Positions 27,294 to 38,132 of a DNA stretch of 63,150 nt are shown in pieces. The position numbers and the translations under genes are program-made. A model generated the notes under the pieces. The model saw only the letters and a list, made by a program, of their open reading frames with translations, made no database searches and was not told the DNA's origin. Position 1 is the stretch's first letter; each line of letters starts with the position of its first letter. Source of the DNA: an uncultured Candidatus Actinomarina sp. (GTDB lineage: Bacteria > Actinomycetota > Acidimicrobiia > Actinomarinales > Actinomarinaceae); NCBI GenBank assembly GCA_902628045.1, contig CACOLU010000005.1, positions 1-63,150 of the forward strand, in the 5' to 3' direction.

Positions 27294-28082
27294 ATGTTAT
27301 CTGTTCAAAACCTTGAGGTTGTTTATCAGGATGTAATTCTTGTTCTCAGAGGAATATCTTTTGAAATACCAAAAGGAAAAATAGTTGCATTATTAGGAAG
27401 TAATGGTTCTGGAAAAACAACAGTTATTAGATCTATTACTGGACTCTTAGATGTTCAAAATGGAGATATCACCAAGGGAAATATAACAGTTGACGGTGAT
27501 GATATTACTAATTTAAATCCTTCAAAAATTGTAGAAAAAGGTATTGCTCAAGTAATGGAGGGTAGAAGAATTTTTTCTGAACTTTCTGTTGTTGAGAACC
27601 TTCGTTTAGGAGGCCATACTAATAGTTCAAATATTGAGAATAATATTGATAGAGTTCTCGATATGTTTCCAGCTTTAAAAGATAGACAAAAAGGTGAAGC
27701 GGGCTATCTTTCTGGGGGTGAGCAACAAATGTTAGCAATAGGTAGAGCACTTATGTCTGAGCCAGAATATCTTTTACTTGACGAGCCAAGTTTAGGACTA
27801 GCGCCCAAGCTAGTAGATCAAATTGCTGAGTTGATTAAAGAGATCAACGAACAAGGAGTTACTGTGTTACTTGTAGAACAAAATGCAAATATGGCATTAA
27901 ATATATCAGATCATGGATACATCATGGAAACAGGAAATATTGTCATGGATAATGACAGTCAAAAACTACTTAATGATGAAGACGTTAGGGAATTTTATTT
28001 AGGCTTAAATGCTGAAGGAACAAAAAGAAAATCTTTTAAAGATGTTAAGCATTACAAAAGAAAGAAGAGATGGTTATCATGA
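27294..28082 (+). CDS. livF: Branched-chain-type ABC transporter ATPase (LivF-like)
   Basis: GSNGSGKTT, VMEGRRIFSELSVVENL, LSGGEQQMLAIGRALM, LDEPSLGLAP, VEQN. Confidence 0.93.
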   Translation: MLSVQNLEVVYQDVILVLRGISFEIPKGKIVALLGSNGSGKTTVIRSITGLLDVQNGDITKGNITVDGDDITNLNPSKIVEKGIAQVMEGRRIFSELSVVENLRLGGHTNSSNIENNIDRVLDMFPALKDRQKGEAGYLSGGEQQMLAIGRALMSEPEYLLLDEPSLGLAPKLVDQIAELIKEINEQGVTVLLVEQNANMALNISDHGYIMETGNIVMDNDSQKLLNDEDVREFYLGLNAEGTKRKSFKDVKHYKRKKRWLS

Positions 28083-28843
28083 GCCAAGTATTAAGCTTTA
28101 AAGACGTAACTTTAAAATTTGGTGGAATTACAGCACTAAACTCGGTAAGTTTTGAAGTTAATCCTGGTGAACTTTATGCAATAATCGGTCCAAATGGTGC
28201 AGGTAAGACATCAATTTTCAACTGTATAAGTGGGATTTATAGACCATCGGAAGGTAATGTGACCTATGGTACAAGTTCTATTCCAGAATTAAGGCCTGAT
28301 CAAGTAGCTAACCTTGGGATTGCAAGAACTTTTCAAAATATCGAATTGTTTGAAAACATGACTGTTATTGATAATATTTTATTTGGAGCACATAGCCAAT
28401 TAAATTATGGAGCAGTCTCAAGCCTTTTTTATACAAAAAAAGTAAGAAATAGTGAAAGAGAGGCAAGAGAAATTGCTGAAGATATTATTGATTTTCTTGA
28501 GATTGAACAATATAGATATTCTTACATACTCTCACTACCATATGGTGTTCAAAAAAGAGTTGAATTAGGAAGAGCTCTAGCAATGAATCCAGAAATAGTT
28601 TTACTTGATGAACCAGCTGCTGGTATGAATAGTGAAGAAACAGAAGACATTGCTCGATTTATAATTGATTTACATGAAGAAAGAAAAAAGACAATAATAC
28701 TTGTTGATCACGATATGAATATGGTGATGGATATTGCACAAAGAGTTATGGTTTTAAATTTTGGAGAAAAATTGGCCGAGGGCACGCCAAAAGAAATAGT
28801 TGTTGATGAAAATGTTATTGAGGCATATTTAGGAGGTAAGTGA
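28079..28843 (+). CDS. livG: Branched-chain-type ABC transporter ATPase (LivG-like)
   Basis: GPNGAGKT, IARTFQNIELF, LPYGVQKRVELGRALA, LDEPAAG, DHDMNMV, VIEAYLG. Confidence 0.93.
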   Translation: MSQVLSFKDVTLKFGGITALNSVSFEVNPGELYAIIGPNGAGKTSIFNCISGIYRPSEGNVTYGTSSIPELRPDQVANLGIARTFQNIELFENMTVIDNILFGAHSQLNYGAVSSLFYTKKVRNSEREAREIAEDIIDFLEIEQYRYSYILSLPYGVQKRVELGRALAMNPEIVLLDEPAAGMNSEETEDIARFIIDLHEERKKTIILVDHDMNMVMDIAQRVMVLNFGEKLAEGTPKEIVVDENVIEAYLGGK

Positions 28844-30696
28844 TTATGGCGCTAACAATGAATGATATTTATGAAATTTTAAGGAATGAAGGCGGAAGAA
28901 CACCTTCTGAGAAAGTCATGGAAGTTTCTAAAGATTATCCAGAAAAAATTGCTATGAGATACAAAGTGTATGGTATCTGGCAAGAGACTACTTATAGAGA
29001 TTTTTGGTTGACATCAAATTATGTATCAATGGCCTTGCGTTTTTTTGGTGTAGAAAAAGGTGAATCTGTAGCTATACAATCTGAAAATCGTCCAGAATGG
29101 TTTTTTGCAGATGTTGGAGTGCAGTCCATTGGTGCTGTAAGTGTAGGCCTATATCCAACAAACCCTGCCCCTGAAGTGGAGTATCTTCTTTCACACTCTG
29201 AAAGCAAAATTTTATTTGCGGAAGACCAGGAACAGGTCGATAAAGCATTGGAAGTAATTGATTCACTTCCTCAGTTAGAAAAAATAATTTATTTTGAAAA
29301 CAAGGGAATGTATAACTATGACCATCCAAAGCTAATGACTTTTTCTGAATTTTTAGATATTGGTAAAGGTGAATATGAATCTTTTCCTGAATTTGTGGAA
29401 AATGAAATAAAAAAACTAGATGACAATGATGTAGCCATTATGGTTTACACTTCTGGAACTACCGGCCCTCCGAAAGGATCAATGCTAACTCACGGTAATT
29501 TACGATGGGTAGCTACTCAACTTCCATATTTTCCAATTTCTAATAATTTAAGTGAAGGTGATTCCCAATTTTTATCATATTTACCACTTTGCCATGTTTT
29601 TGGACGCCTTATTGATTTATTGATCGGAATTCATTTGATGGCAACTATAAATTTTGCAGAATCTATCGACACAGTCCAAACAGATTTAGCAGAAATACAA
29701 CCAACAATTTTTCCTGCTGTTCCAAGAATATTAGAAAAGATGCATTCAAGTGCACTTGTCAAGATGAAAGATGCTTCATATGTAAAAAGACTATTGTTCA
29801 AATTTTCAACGTTCTTGGGTGATATTGCGGTTGAGAGAAAGCTAAACAAAAATTTTGATGATTTCTTAGCGAAGATTCTCTTATCAATTGGTTATATTTT
29901 ATCTTTTAGATCGTTAAGGAAAAAACTTGGTTTGCAAAGAGCAGAATTTGCTGCATCAGGTGCAGCTCCAATTGCACCAGAAGTACTTAAATTTTTTATG
30001 AGTATTGGTGTCCCTTTGTTCGAAGCTTATGGAATGACGGAAAATTGTGCGTATGCAACTAGTAACAGTCCTGAAAATATAAAAATAGGCACGGTTGGAG
30101 TTCCAGCTCATGGTGTTGAATTAAAGCTTGCAGAAGATGGGGAAATTTTAATTAGAAGTGGTGGTGTATTCAAAGGCTACTTTAAGGATGAACAAGCTAC
30201 AAATGAAACTATTGATAAAGATGGATGGCTATATACAGGTGATGTAGGAATTTTTGAAGGTGATTTTGTCAAAATTGTTGATAGAAAAAGAGATATTATT
30301 ATCACGAGTGGTGGAAAAAATGTCTCACCTTCTGAAATAGAAAATAAAATTAAGGTATCACCATTTGTTAAAGAAGCAATTGTAATTGGTGATAGAAGAA
30401 AGTTCCTTTCTGTTTTAATTGGAATAGAGTTTGATACTGTATCAAACTGGGCTTTAAGAAAAAATATTCCACATACAACCTATAGGGACTTATCTGAAAA
30501 GCAAGAGGTAAAAGATTTAGTATGGAAAGAAATTTTAAAGGCTAATGAAAAGACTTCATCGTTGGAAGTGAGAGAATTTCGAATGATCCCTAAAGAATTA
30601 GATCATGAAGAGGGCGAGCTTACTGCGACTCAGAAAGTAAAAAGGAATGTTTTGATTGAACAATTTAGTGATTTGATTGAGGAGATGTATTCTTGA
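28840..30696 (+). CDS. fadD: Long-chain fatty acid-CoA ligase (AMP-binding) embedded in the ABC operon
   Basis: YTSGTTGPPKG, YLPLCH, EAYGMTE, GWLYTGDVG, DRKRDIIITSGGKNVSP, ELTATQKVKR. Confidence 0.93.
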   Translation: MIMALTMNDIYEILRNEGGRTPSEKVMEVSKDYPEKIAMRYKVYGIWQETTYRDFWLTSNYVSMALRFFGVEKGESVAIQSENRPEWFFADVGVQSIGAVSVGLYPTNPAPEVEYLLSHSESKILFAEDQEQVDKALEVIDSLPQLEKIIYFENKGMYNYDHPKLMTFSEFLDIGKGEYESFPEFVENEIKKLDDNDVAIMVYTSGTTGPPKGSMLTHGNLRWVATQLPYFPISNNLSEGDSQFLSYLPLCHVFGRLIDLLIGIHLMATINFAESIDTVQTDLAEIQPTIFPAVPRILEKMHSSALVKMKDASYVKRLLFKFSTFLGDIAVERKLNKNFDDFLAKILLSIGYILSFRSLRKKLGLQRAEFAASGAAPIAPEVLKFFMSIGVPLFEAYGMTENCAYATSNSPENIKIGTVGVPAHGVELKLAEDGEILIRSGGVFKGYFKDEQATNETIDKDGWLYTGDVGIFEGDFVKIVDRKRDIIITSGGKNVSPSEIENKIKVSPFVKEAIVIGDRRKFLSVLIGIEFDTVSNWALRKNIPHTTYRDLSEKQEVKDLVWKEILKANEKTSSLEVREFRMIPKELDHEEGELTATQKVKRNVLIEQFSDLIEEMYS

Positions 30697-31613
30697 CAAT
30701 ATTTCTGCAAGCTACTGTTGAAGGGCTATCGTTAGCAGCTATTTATTCTTTAGTTGCTATTGGTTTTGTTTTAATTTACAAATCAATGGATGTTTTAAGT
30801 TTTGCGCAACCAGCTTTAGCAGTAGTAGGAGCAGGGCTGATAAGTTCGTTGGCTGTTGACAGAGGTGTACCTTTTTGGGTAGCTTTGTTTATAGGTATTT
30901 CGTTAACAGGTGTTTTGGGACTTATTGTCGAAAGAACTTTCTTGAGACCAATGGTAGGTGAACCAGTATTTTCTGTAGCAATATTAACGATAGGTATTGA
31001 TATATTATTGAGAACTACTTTAGATAATTGGATAGGCCTTAATCCAAGATATATGGGAGATCCATTTCCATCATTTGGAAACTTTGGGTCAGCACAAATT
31101 GGTGGGGTGACTATCAAATATCTAGAAATTGCTGCATTAGCGACAGCAATTTTTATCATCATTGCTTTAAATGTTTTTTTTAGAAAGTCAAAATATGGTG
31201 TAGCAATGAGGGCTACTTCATTTGATCAAGAAGCAGCCCTAGCACAAGGAATTAATGTTGGAAGAATATTCGGACTTGTCTGGTTTATTGCTGGAATTTT
31301 GGCTGCTTTCGCAGGGTTTTTTATTACTGGCGGTTTCAATACGCTGTCACAGACGAGTTTTGTTGTTGCACTAAGAGCTTTACCAGCAGTAGTTATTGGT
31401 GGTTTAGACTCAATTCCTGGGGCAGTTGTTGGTTCAATAATTATTGGATTAACACAGGGGTATGTTGCTTATTATCAATATGATTTCGAAATTTTAACAG
31501 GTATAACACTAGGAAATGGCTTTTCACTGCTTGCACCATATATAATTATGTTTTTTATTTTAGTTGTAAAACCTGATGGCTTATACGGTACGAAGGAAGT
31601 TGAAAGAGTATGA
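30693..31613 (+). CDS. livH: Branched-chain-type ABC permease (LivH-like)
   Basis: YSLVAIGFVLIYK, SFAQ, GVAMRA, GGLDSIPGAVVG, KPDGLYG. Confidence 0.92.
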   Translation: MTIFLQATVEGLSLAAIYSLVAIGFVLIYKSMDVLSFAQPALAVVGAGLISSLAVDRGVPFWVALFIGISLTGVLGLIVERTFLRPMVGEPVFSVAILTIGIDILLRTTLDNWIGLNPRYMGDPFPSFGNFGSAQIGGVTIKYLEIAALATAIFIIIALNVFFRKSKYGVAMRATSFDQEAALAQGINVGRIFGLVWFIAGILAAFAGFFITGGFNTLSQTSFVVALRALPAVVIGGLDSIPGAVVGSIIIGLTQGYVAYYQYDFEILTGITLGNGFSLLAPYIIMFFILVVKPDGLYGTKEVERV

Positions 31614-32713
31614 AAAGTAGACCAAATCTTTACACAAACTACGATAAAGAAACTGCAATATTTTCAAACAATACACAGAAATTTTGGTTTGCTGTTTTAT
31701 TTGTATTATCAGTATCTCTTTGCTTTGTAGCAACAGATTATTGGATTTTACTAATATCAAGATCACTAACTTTTTCAATAGGTGCTTGGGGAATAAATAT
31801 AGTTTCTGGGTTAGCAGGACAGATTACATTAGCGCATGGATCATTTATTGGTATTGGTGTGTACACAGCAGCAGTACTTGGAGGAGTCGCTTCAAACAGT
31901 GTATGGGGTTATGAACTTGATATGTTAATTTGGCTACCAGCAGCTGGAATTGTAGCAGCACTTTTTAGTCTTATTTTGGCCCCACTAGCAGTTCGACTAA
32001 AGGGATTAAACTTAGCTTTAGTAACTCTTGCATTCCTATTTATTTGTTCACATATTTTTTCGAATTTTATATCAGTAACTGGTGGGGCAGGTATTGGAAG
32101 AAAGGTGGCTAAGCTTGTACTTTTTGGTATCAACCTTGAGGAAGGTTTAGTATTTGGTAATTTCTTACTTGAGAAAAATCAAATTCAGTATTTAATATGT
32201 TTGTTTTTATGTATAGTTATGGGTTTCGGTTTTAAAAATATTGTACGTTCAAGAGCAGGTAGAGCGTATGCGGGAATACGTGATGGAGATATCGCAGCTG
32301 AAGCTTTAGGTGTAAATTTATTTAGATATAAAGCTAGCGCATTTGCTCTTGCAAGTTTTTATGCTGGAGTTGGCGGCGCTATGGCATCTACAATTTCTGG
32401 CGGTGTAGAGCCAGGTCTATTTAACCTATTATTTTCTATTTTGGCTGTAGCAATAATTGTGATTGGTGGTGCAGGCACAGTATTAGGACCTCTTTTTGGA
32501 GCATTTTTCTATATTATGGCACCAGGTTTTATTCAATATATTTTGAAAATAACACACTTAACAGAATCAGCGTTACCCCTTAATTTAGGCCAAATAGAAG
32601 CGATGCTTTTTGGGCTTTGTATAATCTTATTTTTGATATTTGAACCTAGAGGACTATGGGGTATATGGTTTAGGTTACGTAATTATTTTAAAGCCTGGCC
32701 TTTTTCCTACTAG
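31610..32713 (+). CDS. livM: Branched-chain-type ABC permease (LivM-like)
   Basis: GLAGQITLAHG, LALVTLAF, GRAYAGIRD, GVNLFRYK, IVIGGAG, EPRGLWG. Confidence 0.92.
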   Translation: MKSRPNLYTNYDKETAIFSNNTQKFWFAVLFVLSVSLCFVATDYWILLISRSLTFSIGAWGINIVSGLAGQITLAHGSFIGIGVYTAAVLGGVASNSVWGYELDMLIWLPAAGIVAALFSLILAPLAVRLKGLNLALVTLAFLFICSHIFSNFISVTGGAGIGRKVAKLVLFGINLEEGLVFGNFLLEKNQIQYLICLFLCIVMGFGFKNIVRSRAGRAYAGIRDGDIAAEALGVNLFRYKASAFALASFYAGVGGAMASTISGGVEPGLFNLLFSILAVAIIVIGGAGTVLGPLFGAFFYIMAPGFIQYILKITHLTESALPLNLGQIEAMLFGLCIILFLIFEPRGLWGIWFRLRNYFKAWPFSY

Positions 32714-32770
32714 ATAAGAAAAAATCTACTAATCTTTAATTATTAGTACTAATAAATCTAAGGGGGAGAA

Positions 32771-34153
32771 ATGAAATCATTGCGTAAGCAAGGGATCATT
32801 CTATTTACTATTTTTGCCCTTGTTTTAGTAGCCTGTGGTGGTGACGCTGCTGAGGAGGAAGTTGTAGAGGAAGCAACACCTGAAGTTGTTGAAACTTTAG
32901 ACTCACCTGCAGTAACAACCGCACAATCTGTTAAAACAGGAGTGGGAGTAACTTCAGACCCATGTCCAGAAGCTGTTGGATCATTTCCAACAGGTGCAGA
33001 CCCATCCAAGGGATGTATATATCTTGGGCTCATAAATGACTATACAGGTCCTTATGGAGCACTAGGTCCAGCACTTGAGCTTGGACAAAGAGCATTCTGG
33101 CTATGGGCAAACACATCCGGCGGAGTTGGAGACTATAGCGTAACAATTGTTGAAGGTGGAGACGCACAATACAATCCTGCAAAACATTTAGAGGTTTATA
33201 ATTCTCAAAGAGATAATGTTGCAGCATTAGCTATGTCTTTAGGAACACCGCAAACTTTATTTATTCTTGATGAACTAGATAAAGATAATATGATTGCAGC
33301 ACCAATGAGTTGGTATTCAGGTTATGCATATAAAGAACTTGATAAAGGCTTAATTGTTGAATTCGGATCTTCATATTGTGCACAAGGTATGAATGCTCTT
33401 GACTGGGCGCTAGCAAGCTTACCAGTAGACATTAAAACTATTGGAATTATCGGTAATGCTGGTGATTACGGTGGTGACTGGGCTAAAGGTGTACAGGCTG
33501 CTGCAGAAGCAAACGGAGTAACAGTCGCATGGAGTTATTTACCTCCAGCTACTGAATTCGACGTTGCACAAGCAGTCGGCTTAATGGTTACACAACCAGT
33601 CGACGCTTATTTCCCAGCTTTAGGACCTACAGCAATGGCTCAAGTTGCTGGTGGTGCATTCCAGCAAGGCATAACGCCAATTGCTATGATGGCAGCTCCA
33701 TCATTTAACGATAGTTTCGTTAGAGAAGGATTTGCTTTGGCACCATTATTTACTTCTGGGTCAATGTATGTAACTGCTTTCACACAACCGTATGAAGCAG
33801 ATACACCAGGTCATGCAGCTATGAGAGCTACTTTTGAAGCAGTGGGTCAAAATACAGGTAACTTATTCGTTACAGCTGGTTGGACATCACAGTATCATTT
33901 AAGAGATGTACTCAAAGCCGCTATAAAAGGTGGAGATTTAACAAGAGCGGGTATTAGAAGAGCAGCAGCTAATGTTGATGTTAGTTCTGATCAAATGATG
34001 CCTATTAAAAATCTTGGTCGTGATGGAGGTCAAACAGAAACATATGTTGGAGTTCCTACAGCAGACAATTTGAGTGGTATTAACACATTAGCTTGGCCAT
34101 ACATTGGGCCAACAGCCGCAAACACTGATTGGAGTGCGGGCGCTTGTAGTTAA
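32771..34153 (+). CDS. ABC substrate-binding lipoprotein (LivK/PBP1 superfamily)
   Basis: Lipobox LVAC, acidic linker, LGLINDYTGPYG, DAQYNP, GTP, DYGGD; last gene of the operon. Confidence 0.9.
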   Translation: MKSLRKQGIILFTIFALVLVACGGDAAEEEVVEEATPEVVETLDSPAVTTAQSVKTGVGVTSDPCPEAVGSFPTGADPSKGCIYLGLINDYTGPYGALGPALELGQRAFWLWANTSGGVGDYSVTIVEGGDAQYNPAKHLEVYNSQRDNVAALAMSLGTPQTLFILDELDKDNMIAAPMSWYSGYAYKELDKGLIVEFGSSYCAQGMNALDWALASLPVDIKTIGIIGNAGDYGGDWAKGVQAAAEANGVTVAWSYLPPATEFDVAQAVGLMVTQPVDAYFPALGPTAMAQVAGGAFQQGITPIAMMAAPSFNDSFVREGFALAPLFTSGSMYVTAFTQPYEADTPGHAAMRATFEAVGQNTGNLFVTAGWTSQYHLRDVLKAAIKGGDLTRAGIRRAAANVDVSSDQMMPIKNLGRDGGQTETYVGVPTADNLSGINTLAWPYIGPTAANTDWSAGACS

Positions 34154-34169
34154 TATTTAACTATTTGAT

Positions 34170-34208
34170 ATAAAGAGCCGGTAATATACCGGCTCTTTAT
34201 TTTTTTTT
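34170..34208 (+). terminator. Intrinsic terminator after the substrate-binding protein
   Basis: ATAAAGAGCCGGTA-ATA-TACCGGCTCTTTAT perfect 14-bp stem followed by a T-run. Confidence 0.92.
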
Positions 34209-34225
34209 AAATCTAAAATCTTTCT

Positions 34226-35248
34226 ATGTACAATTTGTTAAAAACAAAGAAAAAAATAATTATCCCTTTCATTATTGTTTTTATAACTGTTTCATCTTTA
34301 TCTTTTGTTAAGACAGATTATTACTTTATGTCTCCTGGGCCTCCTTATCAGTGGGAAATAGATTATGGGGAAATAAAAAATTATGATTTTGAAGGTAATC
34401 TCTATCAACTTACTGTGAGGAGAGATGAGGCAAATGCATTAATTTATGCATGGTCTTTAATTAATGATTCATATGATTTATATCCAAGAGAAGAAATTTT
34501 ACCTGATGGTGTTACTCCTAAGGAACTTAGTGAAATTAGTATTCAAAATATGAGAACATCCGAAAATGTTGCCATTGCTGTAGCTTTAAAAAATGTAGGT
34601 TATGAAATTAGTTCAAAAGGTGATGGAGTTTCAGTAGTAGGTTTACTCGACGATTCACCAGTAAAAGAAAAGTTAAAAAAAGGTGATTTATTAAATTCAA
34701 TCAACAATAAAGAAATTAGTTCTACAACTGAGTTCATATCCACTTTAAGAACATACAATATTGGGGAATCTGTAACAATTGGTTTACTTAGAGAAGTAGA
34801 TGGAGAATTAAAGCAAATGTTTGTAGAGACCACTCTTATTGAACACGTTGAATACAAAGGTGAACCTATGGTTGGGTTTCTTGCTACGACTGTAAATGAA
34901 AGATTTGACTTCCCTTTCGAAATAGATATTAAGACAGGAAATGTCGGAGGGCCTTCAGCAGGCCTAATGATGGCTTTAAATGTTTACAATAATTTAATAC
35001 CAGAAGATATAACAAATTCTATGATTATTGCGGGGACTGGGACAATTGAAATTGATGGCTCAATAGGACCGGTAGGTGGTATCAAACAAAAAATAATTGC
35101 TGCAAAAAGAGCTGGCGCTGAACTGATTCTTGTTCCAATAGCGAATTTTGAAGAGGCTAGAACATTTGAAACTGAAAAAACAGCAATAGTTGCTGTTGAT
35201 TCTTTCGATGAAGCATTATCAGTTATTTCGCAGTATAGTTCACGTTAA
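34226..35248 (+). CDS. YlbL-like PDZ domain / Lon protease C-terminal (S16) membrane protein
   Basis: N-terminal TM, SPG, PDZ (LKKGDLL), VGGPSAGLMMAL (Ser), AGTGTI, VGGIKQK (Lys). Confidence 0.92.
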   Translation: MYNLLKTKKKIIIPFIIVFITVSSLSFVKTDYYFMSPGPPYQWEIDYGEIKNYDFEGNLYQLTVRRDEANALIYAWSLINDSYDLYPREEILPDGVTPKELSEISIQNMRTSENVAIAVALKNVGYEISSKGDGVSVVGLLDDSPVKEKLKKGDLLNSINNKEISSTTEFISTLRTYNIGESVTIGLLREVDGELKQMFVETTLIEHVEYKGEPMVGFLATTVNERFDFPFEIDIKTGNVGGPSAGLMMALNVYNNLIPEDITNSMIIAGTGTIEIDGSIGPVGGIKQKIIAAKRAGAELILVPIANFEEARTFETEKTAIVAVDSFDEALSVISQYSSR

Positions 35249-35274
35249 AGACGAGAGATAAATAATATATAAAC

Positions 35275-38088
35275 ATGGTTAATATCGGCGGTACAAATAC
35301 TGGCAATGAAAGAAGAGGCTTATCTTTTCTTGTTTTTGTTGGAATTATTGGATTTTCAATTGCAAGAGCAATAGCAACCTTTTTTACCAATTATTTGTGG
35401 TTTGATTCTGTTGACTTAAATTCAGTTTGGATAAAAATTCTTTTAACAAAATCTATTCTTGTCGCGGCTACATCACTTTTGGCATTTGCATTCATTTTTA
35501 TAAATTTAAGACTTGCCGTAAGAGCGACACCAGTGATGGATATTTTTGAATCATTTGAATCCCAAGATCCATTATCTAGATTTCGTGAATTTTTTAATGA
35601 ACGTTTCCTAAAGTATAGACTTTGGGGTGCTATTGGTCTTTCTATATTTCTTGGCGCTGGAGCTTCCCAATTATGGGAACAGGTTTTATTATTTATAAAT
35701 CAAAAGTCATTTGGAGTTACAGATCCTATTTTTCAAAACGATGTATCAAGTTATGTTTTTGGTTTGCCACTATACAGACTGTTCGTTTCCTGGGGATTTC
35801 AATTGGTCATCTTTACTTCATTTATTATTGTTTTATTCTTTATCGCAACGGGAGCTTTACAGCTTCGACAAGGTAGATTACCTGAAGTAAGTAGTGGTGC
35901 AAAGGCTCATCTTTCTGTTTTGCTTGCATTTGTAGCATTACTCAAAGCGTTCGCTTACAGACTGGACTCTATGGAACTTTTATATTCTCCACGAGGAAAA
36001 GTTTTTGGCGCCAGTTATACAGATGTAGTTGCGCATTTGCCAGCTTTAAATCTATTGATATTAATTTCATTGTTTGGTGCGATATTGTTGCTAGTCAATA
36101 TAAAACGAAGAGGTTGGTTATTACCTGCTACAGCAATTAGCTTGTGGCTTGCTGTTTCAATAATCGTTGGTGGAGTTGTTCCTGCAGCAATCCAAAGATT
36201 TAGAGTTGTGCCTGATGAGTTGAATAAAGAACTTCCTTATGTTGAGAATCACATAAACTATACAAGACTTGCTTATGGTTTAAATAGTATCGAAGAAAAA
36301 TCATTCGAAGCATCACCAGATCTAACAGACAACGATATAGCTGAGAATGCACAAACTGTCGACAATATTAGATTATGGGATCCTACTGTTTTAGCTGAAA
36401 CATACAGTCAGCTACAGGAGATTAGAGCATACTACGCACTTGATGAAGTAGATGTTGATCGTTATAAAATAAATGGTGAGCTAACACAGGTAATGGTCTC
36501 AGCTAGAGAGTTAGATCAAACAAATTTGCCGGCAGTTGGTTGGGTCAATGAAAGACTTCAATACACACATGGTTATGGTGTAGTTTTTAGTCCAGCAAAT
36601 GATGTTGCAAGCCAGGGTCAACCAGATTTTTATGTAAAAGGTGTGCCTGCGAATACAACTGTTAGTGAACTAGAAGTTGAACAACCAAGAATTTACTTTG
36701 GCGAATCAGCAGAGTCAGTTGAATATGTAGTTGTAAACTCTTTACAAGACGAAGTTGATTACCCATTGTCAACAGAGGGTCAGTCAGTTGCATATACAAA
36801 TTACTCAGGAGATGGTGGTGTAGGAATTGGTTCATTTTTTAGAAGGCTTGGTTTTGCACTACGATATAGTGAATTGAACCTGTTAATTTCAAACCAGCTA
36901 TCTGATGACTCAAAATTAATTATGGAACGAAATGTCGTAAGTAGAGTTAAAAAGGCCGCTCCATTTTTATATACAGACAATGATCCATATTTGGCATTAA
37001 TAGATGGAAATTTGTTTTGGATAATTGATATGTATACAGTGTCTGACAAATATCCCTATGCTCAACCAGCTGATACAAGAAGAATTAATGAAAACTCTGG
37101 ACTTCCTATGAACTTTAACTACTTAAGAAACTCTGTTAAAGCAGTAGTTAATGCATATGACGGTACAATGAATTTTTATGTTGTTGATGAAAATGATCCA
37201 CTAATTTTGTCATACAACGATATTTTTCCAAATCTTTTTACACCACAAAGCTCAATGAGCACTGAGTTGCTTGATCATATAAGATACCCAGAAGATTTAT
37301 TTACAATTCAATCCGACATGTATAGAGATTATCACATGATTGATCCACGAGTATTTTATGCAGATGAAGACCCATGGGTAATACCATCTGACTCCTCAAC
37401 GACACCTAGAGTTGCTACCTTAAGGGGAGAATTTACAGAAATTGGATTTAAACCAATGTTGCCATATTATCTGTTAATGAGCTTGCCTGGGGAAAGTGAT
37501 TTGAGTTATCTAATTTTTCAACCATTTAATCCAGAGAATAGACCAAATATGCAGTCCTTCTTAGTTGCAGATGCAGATCCAGAAAATTATGGACAGTTAA
37601 TTGACTTTAGGCTACCAAAAGGTGAATTTGTCGATGGACCTAGCCAGGTTGCAACTAGAATTAACCAGGACCCTGATATTTCTCAAATATTTACTCTTCT
37701 TGACCAGCAAGGTTCTAGTGTTATTAAAGGTAACCTTTTTGTTGTTCCTATAAATCAATCAATACTTTATTATCAACCAATTTATCTCCAAGGAGAGCAG
37801 AATCCATTACCTGAATTTAAATTTGTTGTAGTTGTTTTTCAAGACAGAATAATAATGGAGGAATCTTTGTCTGAAGCCTTAGCTAGCGTTTTTGGTGGAG
37901 ATTTCGCAACTGAGAATGTTGAAGAAACAGAAGGTGAAAGCCCTCTTGAGCTACTTGAAAAAGCAACTAGAGCTTTTGAAAAAGCCCAAGAGGAATTGCA
38001 AAATGGAAATCTAGGTTTGTATCAAAAACTTGTCGAGCAAGCCCAACAATTTGTCGACCTTGCTTTAGCAATCTTAAATAACAATTAA
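35275..38088 (+). CDS. UPF0182 family membrane protein
   Basis: LWFDSV, DPIFQNDVSSYVFGLP, IRLWDP, DVDRY, YTHGYG, PRIYFGE, NYLRNSVKAVVNAYDG, YPEDLF, GNL..VP, LYYQPIY. Confidence 0.96.
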   Translation: MVNIGGTNTGNERRGLSFLVFVGIIGFSIARAIATFFTNYLWFDSVDLNSVWIKILLTKSILVAATSLLAFAFIFINLRLAVRATPVMDIFESFESQDPLSRFREFFNERFLKYRLWGAIGLSIFLGAGASQLWEQVLLFINQKSFGVTDPIFQNDVSSYVFGLPLYRLFVSWGFQLVIFTSFIIVLFFIATGALQLRQGRLPEVSSGAKAHLSVLLAFVALLKAFAYRLDSMELLYSPRGKVFGASYTDVVAHLPALNLLILISLFGAILLLVNIKRRGWLLPATAISLWLAVSIIVGGVVPAAIQRFRVVPDELNKELPYVENHINYTRLAYGLNSIEEKSFEASPDLTDNDIAENAQTVDNIRLWDPTVLAETYSQLQEIRAYYALDEVDVDRYKINGELTQVMVSARELDQTNLPAVGWVNERLQYTHGYGVVFSPANDVASQGQPDFYVKGVPANTTVSELEVEQPRIYFGESAESVEYVVVNSLQDEVDYPLSTEGQSVAYTNYSGDGGVGIGSFFRRLGFALRYSELNLLISNQLSDDSKLIMERNVVSRVKKAAPFLYTDNDPYLALIDGNLFWIIDMYTVSDKYPYAQPADTRRINENSGLPMNFNYLRNSVKAVVNAYDGTMNFYVVDENDPLILSYNDIFPNLFTPQSSMSTELLDHIRYPEDLFTIQSDMYRDYHMIDPRVFYADEDPWVIPSDSSTTPRVATLRGEFTEIGFKPMLPYYLLMSLPGESDLSYLIFQPFNPENRPNMQSFLVADADPENYGQLIDFRLPKGEFVDGPSQVATRINQDPDISQIFTLLDQQGSSVIKGNLFVVPINQSILYYQPIYLQGEQNPLPEFKFVVVVFQDRIIMEESLSEALASVFGGDFATENVEETEGESPLELLEKATRAFEKAQEELQNGNLGLYQKLVEQAQQFVDLALAILNNN

Positions 38089-38132
38089 ATTTCTTGAGTT
38101 TAAATTAATTCTTATTATTATTAATTATTCAG

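Noticed and set aside
32771-34153. Higher GC of the substrate-binding gene as a sign of horizontal transfer
   Set aside because: Explained by Ala/Gly-rich composition and probable high expression (similar to hup); third positions remain AT-rich.
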